Assembly (NCBI GenBank): GCA_034440375.1
Contig: JAWXBZ010000073.1
Span: 1-12,680, forward strand
Direction of reading: 5' to 3'
DNA from: Candidatus Eiseniibacteriota bacterium
Lineage (GTDB): Bacteria > Eisenbacteria > RBG-16-71-46 > JABDJR01 > JAWXBZ01
Length of the DNA: 12,680 nucleotides
Below, one piece after another: positions 1 through 7,415 of this stretch. The number at the start of each line of letters is the position of its first letter. Within the stretch, counting starts at the first letter, position 1. The notes below the pieces were generated by a model. It was not told the DNA's origin. It made no database searches and saw only the letters and a list, made by a program, of their open reading frames with translations. The position numbers and the translations under genes are program-made.

Positions 1-11
1 CCGCAAACTAT

Positions 12-98
12 CCGCGACACTATGGTTAACGACGAACCCCGAGAGCGAGAGCCCTCGGGGTTTTGTCGCTATCTGGCCTGTGGCAAAGAGTTTCGCGG
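12..98. repeat. Long imperfect inverted repeat (stem-loop 1)
   Basis: CCGCGACACTAT (12-23) matches the reverse complement of 87-98 (CCGCGAAACTCT) at 10/12. The inner arms TAACGACGAACCCCGAGAGC (27-46) and GCCCTCGGGGTTTTGTCGCTA (51-71) close a GAGA loop. Confidence 0.75.
30..68 (+). terminator. Possible intrinsic terminator (inner hairpin of stem-loop 1) for a gene upstream of the window
   Basis: AACCCCGAG-AGC-GAGA-GCC-CTCGGGG-TTTTG: a GC-rich stem with a GNRA loop followed by a short T-run. Confidence 0.4.
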
Positions 99-100
99 TT

Positions 101-200
101 TTTCGGCGGCGGACCGGTTTTCTCTGGTTCGAGAGAGAGCGATTGGAGTCCGGTGGTAAAAGCCACTTTTACGACCGGACCACAGAGAACCACGCCAAAA
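101..200. repeat. Nested inverted repeats (stem-loop 2)
   Basis: GTCCGGTGGTAAAAG (148-162) and CTTTTACGACCGGAC (166-180) pair at 14/15. The outer arms are GGTTTTCTCTG (116-126) with CAGAGAACC (183-191), and TTTCGGCG (101-108) with CGCCAAAA (193-200). Confidence 0.75.
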
Positions 201-216
201 CTCTCTGATTCTCTGT

Positions 217-245
217 TTAACAACCCTCTCTGGGTTAACAACCCT
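217..245 (+). repeat. Direct repeat TTAACAACCCT x2 (18-bp period)
   Basis: Exact copies at 217-227 and 235-245. Confidence 0.8.
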
Positions 246-253
246 ATTACGAC

Positions 254-634
254 CGCCGCATTATCTGGCGGCTCCAGGCCAACCAGGAAGGTGACCTGTC
301 CGAGCGGGCCCGGCAGTGGGCCAGGGAGCTGGCGGCCACTTCCGATGTCCGCCTGACCGCGCCGAAGATGCCGGCGGCCCACACCGGACAGGCAACAGTC
401 GCCTCGATTCAGATTTCGCAGGACGACCGCCTCCCCATGCCCGGAGCCGTCATCACCCGCCGATACAAGGGCGAGACCATCGAGGTCCGGGTGCTGCCGC
501 ACGGTTTCGAGCACGAAGGCGAGGTCTACCGGACCTTGAGCGCCGTGGCTGAGAAGATCACCGGCACTCACTGGAATGGCTACCACTTCTTCAGATTGGG
601 AAAACGAGATGAGAACGGCCGGAAAGAAGGCTGA
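254..634 (+). pseudogene. DUF2924-family protein, N-terminally truncated
   Basis: The C-terminal half PMPGAVITRRYKG...GFEHEGEVYRTLSAVAEKITGTHWNGYHFFRL is typical of DUF2924. The same frame upstream of ATG 368 reads RRIIWRLQANQEGDLSERARQWARELAA from 254, which is also family-like. It has no start codon before the in-frame TAA at 236-238. Confidence 0.85.
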
Positions 635-1670
635 CACGCCCGCCGTTCGGTGCGCGGTCTACACCCGGAAGAGCACTGAAGTGGGGCTCGAGCAGGAGTT
701 CAACAGCCTGGACGCCCAGCGTGAGGCGGGCGAGGCGTACATCGCCAGCCAGCGGGGCGAGGGGTGGACCTGCGTCCCGGACCGGTACGATGACGGCGGC
801 TACACGGGCGGCAACATGGAGCGCCCTGCGTTCAAACGCATGATGGCCGACATCCAGGCGGGGCACGTTGACTGCGTGGTGGTCTACAAGGTGGACCGCA
901 TGTCGCGGAGCCTGCTCGATTTCACCCGCATCATGGGGACGCTGGAGAAGCACGGCGTTTCCTTTGTGTCGGTCACGCAGCAGTTCAACACGACCAGTTC
1001 GATGGGCCGCCTGACCTTGAACATCCTGCTCTCGTTTGCGCAGTTTGAGAGAGAGCTTGTCTCAGAACGAACCAGGGACAAGATCGCTGCGACCCGGAGG
1101 AAGGGAAAGTGGTCTGGCGGGAGGCCGATCCTGGGGTTCGATGTCGACCCGCGCGGCGGTCGCCTGATGGTCAACGAGGATGAGGCCGCACAGGTTCGCG
1201 CCACCTTCGAGCTGTACCTGGAACTCGAGTCGATCATCCCGACGATCCGGGAACTGGACGCGCGAGCGTGGACGAACAAGCGGTGGACCACCAAGAAGGG
1301 CCACGTGGTTGGCGGGAGCCCCTTTGACTCGCACAGCCTTCACAGCCTGCTCACCAATGTTCTCTACGCCGGCCAGATCACCTACAAGGACGAGGTGCAC
1401 GAGGGCGAGCAGCCGGCCATCGTGGACGGGGAGGTCTTTCGCCGCGTCCAGCACCTCCTCAAACGCAACGGAGCCACGGGCGGCAAGGAAGTACGAAATC
1501 GGTTCGGGGCGTTGCTGAAGGGCCTGATCAACTGCGTGCCCTGCGGCTACGCGATGGTTCCCACGCATAGCCTGAAGAACGGAACCCGGCGCTACCGCTA
1601 CTACGTCTGTTCGAACGGCCAGAAGCGTGGCTGGGTGGACTACCGATGCTCTTTCGATCGCAGAAAGTAG
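609..1670 (+). pseudogene. Large serine recombinase (resolvase catalytic domain + recombinase domain + start of zinc ribbon), C-terminally truncated
   Basis: Motifs RCAVYTRKS (catalytic Ser codon 672-674), YDDGGYTGGNMERPA, VVVYKVDRMSRS and LLSFAQFERE. The zinc ribbon begins LKGLINCVPCG...YRYYVCSNGQKRGW, then homology breaks at about 1634 and the frame runs into the antisense of the neighbouring gene. ATG 609 overlaps the end of DUF2924. Confidence 0.88.
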
Positions 1671-2848
1671 ATTCTTTTCGGATCGGTCGGGCTGCTACCA
1701 ATCTCGACGATCAGTCCCCGGCCAACCAGGCTCTTCAGCCTTGTACGGGCCGAGCGCGGGGACAGTTCCACAATCTCCGCGACTTGCCTTGTGCTGAGTC
1801 CGCTGCCGTCATCGATGGCCTGCAGAATTCGGGCCTCGATCGGGTCCACAGCCGGGTGCGACTGCCCCATGAGCCGGAATATCACGCGGAAGTGAGTGCC
1901 GACCTCCAGGAACTCCGGCGGGGGAAGGCCATGCGACCGGCAGGCGTCGATCATTCTCCCGATGCCGCTGCCCCACTGCTCAATCAGGCCCAGCTCCCTG
2001 AACTCGCGGCCGATGACACGGTTGCGCAGCCGGGAGACGCCGGCCTGGATGTCGTCCACCGTGAGCCCGAAGGGGAGTAGGCCGGGGCTCTCCACTTCCA
2101 CGCGGTCATCGAAAACCGCGATCCGAATCGGTGCACCCTTCTGGCTGTAATCGGAGTGGGTGATCGCGTTGATGACCGCCTCTCGTACCGCCGGCAACGG
2201 GATGCTCCAGTGCTCCTCCCTGCGGATTCCCTCGATCCGGAAGGACCGGAGAGCGTGCTTCTGGACGAACTCAACTGCCTTGGAGATGGCGGAGGCGGGA
2301 AAGTCGTGGATTTCGCCGGTGTCCAGGATATGCGTGCGCGTCGTGCCGGAGAACCTGCCGACCTGCACCCAGGCGTCCGGAAAGGCCGCCGCGCGCCGGA
2401 CGCCGAAGAGGAGGATCCCACCGTTCGTCGGCACAAGCCGTCTATGATGCCGGGTGAGAAGACGCAGCGACTCCAGATCCTCGCGTTTCAGTTTCCGCAC
2501 CGGGTCGAAGAGCTCTGAAGCGGCTCTGAAGTCGATGGCTTCAGAGCTCAGCGTCGGCACCGGGAGCTCGTCATAGGATTCGTTTCGGGACGTGCGCTTC
2601 AGTTCCCCGCGCAGGGCTTCGTCGGCCAGGCGGTTGGAGGCGCCCACGCGGACGTACGTTCCGCGTTCAACTCCCTCCGCGTTGACGTGGTGCGGCGGGG
2701 AGGAGCTCGGGAATACCTCGACGACGATGACCTCCCTGTCGCGCCACGGCCAGATCTCGATCGCGGGCATGAGCGGCGGGGTGATGCCCGTGGCCACCAC
2801 GTTCGCCAGTCGCTCCTGGACGTCGAGAGCCGCCGCGACCCCCTTCAC
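1640..2848 (-). pseudogene. AlbA_2 (Schlafen-like) / HATPase_c_4 (RecG C-terminal-like) / winged-HTH protein, probably N-terminally truncated
   Basis: Motifs GTYVRVGASNR, AVREAVINAITHSDYS, IAVFDDRVEVESPG, RNRVIGREFRELGLIEQWGSG and a C-terminal wHTH. The usual N-terminal LEFK...AFANTxGGxxxxGV segment is absent upstream of VKGV, and there is no clear RBS. Confidence 0.8.
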
Positions 2849-2934
2849 GTTCCGATGCGTGTCGGGCGAGAGCGTGGAGGCAGGAACAAATTCTCAGAAT
2901 GCTCAGAATTCGGTGGGACAGGTGATCCAGCGAC

Positions 2935-2962
2935 TTGACATTCTTATCAAATAAGATATCAT
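2935..2962 (+). promoter_or_regulatory. Sigma70-type promoter of the TA operon with a palindromic operator in the spacer
   Basis: TTGACA (2935-2940), 16-nt spacer, TATCAT (2957-2962). The spacer contains the inverted repeat TCTTAT-caa-ATAAGA (2942-2956). Confidence 0.8.
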
Positions 2963-2968
2963 TAGTCC

Positions 2969-3304
2969 GTGAAGCTCAGTGTTCGGGAGTACCTCACCGC
3001 GGACGACAAGAGCCCCTACCGCGAGTGGCTCGGGACTCTGGACGCCGCCGTTCGCGCCAGAATCCAGGCACGGGTTCTTCGATTCGAGCTCGGAAATCTG
3101 GGCGACAGCAAGTCGGTCGGCGAGGGCGTTTGGGAAGCTCGCCTGGCATTCGGTCCAGGCTACCGGCTGTACTTTGGAAGGCATGGGAAAATCGTGATCC
3201 TCCTGCTGCTTGGTGGAGACAAAGGATCACAGGCGAAGGACATCCGGCGCGCGAAACAGTACTGGATGGACTTCATGGAGGCTTTGAAGCATGGCAAGGC
3301 GTAG
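2969..3304 (+). CDS. Type II toxin, RelE/ParE superfamily (HigB-like addiction module killer protein)
   Basis: 111 aa with SPYREWLGTLD, RFELGNLGDSKSVGEGVWEAR, FGPGYRLYFG and ILLLLGGDKGSQAKDIRRAK. It lies upstream of an HTH gene. Confidence 0.93.
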   Translation: MKLSVREYLTADDKSPYREWLGTLDAAVRARIQARVLRFELGNLGDSKSVGEGVWEARLAFGPGYRLYFGRHGKIVILLLLGGDKGSQAKDIRRAKQYWMDFMEALKHGKA

Positions 3305-3602
3305 CAGAGATTGGAACGAGGGCCTGGCACAGGACCTCCAAGACCCCACGTTCGCCCGCGAGTTCCTGGTGGGCGCCGTTGAAGAGGGCATTCCGCTTCA
3401 GCAGGCGCTCGGCAAGGTCATTCGCGCAATGGGCGTGAAGGAGTTCGCCGACAAGGTGGGCATGGCCAGTCCGAACGTCCTTAGAGCGATCAATCCCCGC
3501 CACAACCCGACGCAGGAGACGCTCAATCGACTGCTCGGGCCGTTCAAACTGAAACTAAGTCTCGCTCTGCTGCGCAAAGGCAAAGGCAAGCACGCCGCCT
3601 GA
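3291..3602 (+). CDS. Type II antitoxin, HTH/Xre-type (HigA-like addiction module antidote)
   Basis: 103 aa with HTH GVKEFADKVGMASPNVLRAINPRHNPTQETLNRLL. It overlaps the toxin by 14 nt and has RBS GGAGG at 3277-3281. Confidence 0.9.
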   Translation: MARRSRDWNEGLAQDLQDPTFAREFLVGAVEEGIPLQQALGKVIRAMGVKEFADKVGMASPNVLRAINPRHNPTQETLNRLLGPFKLKLSLALLRKGKGKHAA

Positions 3603-3840
3603 ACGCCGAAGACTGTACCTCCCGAAAACTCGTACTTGCGTACCTGATTTGACTTAGCAGCCTCGTCTGGCAGCCTCCGGCGCTTTGATTCGACACCTGT
3701 GACCCGCGCCAAGAGAGCGATTTCCGGTGAGGCTGCTCCGAGCATCTCTGATCTATAATCGTGGGTGGCGGACGCACGAGTCGCTGGCGATGGATGCGCA
3801 ACTGACAGACAGGCGCCGTTGTCCCTTTTAGGGACAGATC

Positions 3841-5953
3841 ATGCGGTCATGGTGTCTAATCACGACTTTGTGTCTCCTGCTCACTGGTCACGCCTGCGCA
3901 GCGCCCGGGCCCGACATCACGCCGCTGCTGACCTTCGAGGTCCCGGCGGCCGACGAGGCTCCTGCCGGATGGAGTGGCGGTCCCAGCGGCACGCTCTTCC
4001 TCGACACGACGACCATACACGGCGGCACGCGGTCCGGCCGCCTCGAACGCACGGCCACCAGCCAGAACGCGTTCTCGACCTTCACCACGTCTTTGCCAGT
4101 CGATTTCGCGGGGAAGTCCATCGAGTTGCGAGGTTGACTGCGCACCGAGGACGTAAGCGGATGGTCCGGCCTGTGGATGCGTGAGGACGGCAAAGGCGGC
4201 GCGGTCCAGTTCGACAACATGCAGCAGTGGTCGGTCAAGGGCACCACCCCCTGGACCCAGTACTCGATCACGGTGCCGCTCGACTCCCGCGCCACAACCG
4301 TTTTCTTCGGCGCGCTGATGGCGGGACCGGGCAGGACCTGGGTCGACGACCTCGAGCTTCTCGTCGACGGCATACTCATCGCCCAAGTGCCCAACCCGGC
4401 TGTCACCGGCGGCCAGCGGCACTGGGACTACGACCTCTTTCGCCTTCTGCCGGACGTGCTGCGGGCCAAGAACCAGGCGGAGAGGAATGCCGTACTCGTG
4501 GAGTGGATCGACGGTCTCGGCGTGCCGGCGTCGTGCGACCCGTGCGCCGCCGCGCCCGTCGACGTGCACCTCGCGGCCGACCTCGCGTGGATCGACGACA
4601 CGGCGCTGCTCGGCCCGAAACTCGCCGGGCGCCTGCAGGCGGTCCACCGCTTTCGCGCGGAGTGCGACCGGCAGTTCTTCGTCAGCTTCCATCCGGGCGT
4701 CGGGAATCCGGACTTCTCCGCCGAACTCCCGTACGAGAACCTCGCGCTGCCCGACAGCGGCTACCGCATCCTCGCGCTCTTCCGCTTCTGGAACCTGGTC
4801 GCTTACTGGTTCCCCTATCGCGATCTGATCGAGGAGCGCTGGGACGACGTGCTCGTCGAGTTCCTGCCACGCCTGGTTGCCGCGAACGACCGCGACACGT
4901 ATCAGCTTGAACTCATGGCCCTCGTCGCCCGCATCCATGACACTCACGCGAACCTCTGGAGTTCGCTCGACGTGCGGCCACCGCGCGGCGACGCGAGCGT
5001 TCCGGTCGTCCTGCGGTTCGTCGACAAGGACGCCGTCGTCGCCGGTTACAGCCAGGAAAGCTCGGGTCCCGCGACCAGCCTGATGCTCGGAGACGTGATC
5101 GAACAGATCAACCGCCAGTCGGTACGGCAACTCGTCACGCAATGGACACCCTGGTACGCCGCCTCGAATCAGGACGCGCGTCTGCGCGATATCGCCAAGT
5201 CCTTGACTCGCGGTCCTGCCGGACCGTGTTCCCTTGCCATCCGCCGGGGCGAATCACGTCTCGAACTCACCGCCGAGCGAATTGCGCAGGCCAAGCTGGA
5301 CCCCAAGGCTGGTGCAACCCACGACCGGCCCGGCGACACATGTCTGCGACTTGCCGCCGATGTCGCCTATCTCAAACTTTCGTCCGTGAAAACCGAGGAC
5401 ATCCCACAGTATCTCGCCGTCATGGATAGCACCCGCGGCGTCGTCATCGACATCCGTGACTATCCATTGTCCTTCGTGGTCTTCGCTCTCGGTGGACATT
5501 TCGTCACCGAGCTGACTGCGTTCACGCGTTTCACCGTCGGCGACGCCGCGAATCCCGGCGCCTTCGTCTGGACACGGGCGCAGTCGATCCCGCCGCTGCA
5601 GCCGCATTACGCGGGTAAGGTCGTCGTGCTGGTCGACGAGACGACGCAGAGCAGCGCCGAGTACACCACTATGGCCTTGCGCGCCGCGGGCGCGGTCGTC
5701 ATCGGCAGCACCACCGCCGGCGCCGACGGCAACGTCTCGACGATCCCCCTGCCCGGCGGCCTGCGGACGATGTTCAGCGGCATCGGCGTGTTCTACCCCC
5801 GACCGGACGCCGACGCAGCGGATCGGCATCATGCCCGATATCGTCGTCAAACCGACGCTTTCGGGGATCCGGGACGGCCGGGACGAGGTTCTGGAGGCCG
5901 CGCTGGCGGAGGTCCGACGCGATGCAGGCCCCGAGCCCGTAGGGTCAAAATAA
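3841..5953 (+). pseudogene. Secreted S41-family peptidase with an N-terminal carbohydrate-binding-like domain; disrupted
   Basis: Signal peptide from ATG 3841. An in-frame TGA at 4135-4137 (ELRG*LRTEDV) separates two same-frame ORFs. S41 motifs are LFRFWNLVAYWFPY, VVIDIRDYP and VLVDETTQSSAE...VIGSTTAGADGN. A +1 frameshift in the C5 run at 5796-5800 restores FYPDRTPTQRIGIMPDIVVKPTLSGIRDGRDEVLEAAL, ending at TAA 5951-5953. Confidence 0.88.
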
Positions 5954-6508
5954 CCAGCCGTGCCAGAATTGGTGTCATTCCGTGATCTGCGGCGCCTGGC
6001 GTGAGAAGAGACTGTCGAGGTTTGGCCGGTCTGCCGGCCCTCATTCCGGGGGGTGATGCGATGAGGGCGAGCGAAATGGGCCCCGAATGCGCCGGGTGAC
6101 GCGGCCTCGCCGACCCGCCCCAGATTGATACGGAGGCGGGCAGAAGATTGAATCAGGTGTTCTGACGAATCGACTTTACGCGGCGTCTCGATAGTAGTAT
6201 TTCAGTAGCCCGCCGATCCGTTCCCGGCACTGGATGCTGCCGGCATCTTCTCCGATCCTGATGTCCGGCTCGATCAACCGATTGCCAAGACCCTGATGAT
6301 TTCTCTCCTCGTGGTAATGGGCGAGGTACTGTCGCACGGCCTCGCGCAACGAGTTCTCACCGAAGAAGATCATCCGGTTGATGCACTCGGATTTCAGCGA
6401 CCTCATGAATCGCTCGACAAACGCATTGAGATTTGGCGATCGGGCAGGAAGTCTGACGGGAATTGTTCCGGCATCCTTGAGAAGCGAGCGAAACTCCTCA
6501 CAAACGGG
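5936..6508 (-). mobile_element. Remnant (3' part and probable right end) of an integrase-core (rve) insertion sequence
   Basis: Contains the transposase C-terminus and about 240 bp of downstream non-coding DNA ending in CGGCTGGTTATTTTGACCCTACGGG on the minus strand (5936-5960). From recall, this resembles ends of this element class; not verified. Confidence 0.6.
6176..6502 (-). pseudogene. Integrase core domain (rve, DDE) transposase, C-terminal fragment
   Basis: The frame reads CEEFRSLLKDAGTIPVRLPARSPNLNAFVERFMRSLKSECINRMIFFGENSLREAVRQYLAHYHEERNHQGLGN...CRERIGGLLKYYYRDAA*. The N-terminal part with the two catalytic Asp residues is missing. Confidence 0.9.
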
Positions 6509-7270
6509 TCAGTCCGGACGACACGCCAGGGTGTCGGTCTCTTCAATCTCCAACTGATAGCCTGCCGCCTTCAGGAGATCCCACGCACGTGTCTGGTCGT
6601 CCGGCGAAAGGTGCTTGTGCTCGAAGCGGACGACGGCCGGCGTATAGCGCGAAAAGTCGACTTGGCGGAGGACCTGGTAGTCGAACCCCTCGACATCGAT
6701 CTGGAGGAGGTCTATCCTCCTGACACCGTGGCGGTCGAGCAGCTCCCCCAGTGGAATGGACTCCGCTTCCTGGGTCTGGATCAACGGTTCGACCTCCGGA
6801 CCGAGTTCCCGCAGGATGTGTCCCCGGTCGAACGATCCGAGGCCCTGTGCCCAGGCGGGGATTCCACGGCCCCGAGCCCCGATCACCGCCGCCGGCAGGA
6901 AGTAGATCAGGGCGGTTCCGCGCTGTTCGGAAATAGCCACGTTGGCGAACTGAAACCGGGGAGCGGAGCGGTAGTTTCGGCGGAGGCCCTCGAACAGGTG
7001 GCGGATCGGCTCGACAAAGAGGCCCCGCCACTCGGGATGGGCCATGATCAGGGGGTGCAGCACATCGCCCGCGACCCCGTCGTTGGCCCCGATCTCCACG
7101 AAGAAAATGTCGGAGCGGCCGGAGAGCGCTCGCTCGATCCGGTCCCGAACCCTGTCCTGATCCGAACGCGGCGCCGACCTCACCCGGCGGTACAGCGCGC
7201 GCGCCACCCGGTGAAGAAGCGGAAATCTCTCCAGTGCCAGGGAGACTTCTCTGCGGAACTGTGAGGTCAT
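6509..7270 (-). CDS. FkbM-family SAM-dependent methyltransferase (Methyltransf_21)
   Basis: Motifs FFVEIGANDG, GLFVEP, IDLLQIDVEGFDYQVL and VVRFEHKHL. The start is uncertain; ATG 7270 was chosen, with alternatives up to 7342. Confidence 0.9.
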   Translation of the reverse strand: MTSQFRREVSLALERFPLLHRVARALYRRVRSAPRSDQDRVRDRIERALSGRSDIFFVEIGANDGVAGDVLHPLIMAHPEWRGLFVEPIRHLFEGLRRNYRSAPRFQFANVAISEQRGTALIYFLPAAVIGARGRGIPAWAQGLGSFDRGHILRELGPEVEPLIQTQEAESIPLGELLDRHGVRRIDLLQIDVEGFDYQVLRQVDFSRYTPAVVRFEHKHLSPDDQTRAWDLLKAAGYQLEIEETDTLACRPD

Positions 7271-7323
7271 TGGTCTCGTCGGTTCGCTCGGGTGTCTACG
7301 TCGCGAGCCCATCATCCAAGGGC

Positions 7324-7351
7324 TTTGAATCGAGAATTGCAATGATACACT
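7324..7351 (+). promoter_or_regulatory. Possible extended -10 promoter for the flippase
   Basis: TGaTACACT at 7343-7351, with TTTGAA at 7324-7329, in the divergent intergenic region. Confidence 0.35.
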
Positions 7352-7415
7352 AGGTCGATGACAATCGCATCCGCCGGGTCCACATGCCGCATGTCCCGAT
7401 AGTCAGCCCCTGCCA

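Larger units (their letters stand above)
1..6508. mobile_element. Decayed genomic island or mobile-element debris (DUF2924 + large serine recombinase type) carrying a TA module and an IS remnant; left limit may lie outside the window
   Basis: Clustering of a repeat-rich end segment, truncated DUF2924 and recombinase genes, a truncated AlbA_2-type gene, a TA operon, a pseudogene and an rve transposase fragment. Boundaries are inferred. Confidence 0.6.

Noticed and set aside
24-74. Integron attC site (GGTTAAC ... hairpin ... GCTATCT)
   Set aside because: The right box does not fit GTTRRRY, the site is short (about 51 bp), and there is no integron integrase or second site.
217-255. CRISPR-like array
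   Set aside because: Only two 11-bp copies 7 bp apart, with no spacer-length intervals or cas genes.
576-608. ORF-track start of the recombinase at 576
   Set aside because: It lies inside the conserved DUF2924 C-terminus; ATG 609 gives a typical N-terminus.
26-637. 203-aa minus-strand ORF and other short ORFs over 1-637
   Set aside because: They are antisense to DUF2924 or run through the repeat region, with no recognisable motifs.
4135-4137. TGA recoding (Trp, Gly or selenocysteine) in the S41 gene
   Set aside because: TGA is the normal stop of neighbouring genes (634, 3602, 6509, 8726), and the gene has an independent frameshift.
3856-5142. 428-aa minus-strand ORF
   Set aside because: Antisense shadow of the GC-rich S41 gene.
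5796-5800. Phase-variable poly-C tract
   Set aside because: Only five Cs, and the gene is already broken upstream.
6296-7264. 322-aa plus-strand ORF
   Set aside because: Antisense shadow spanning the in-frame transposase fragment and FkbM.
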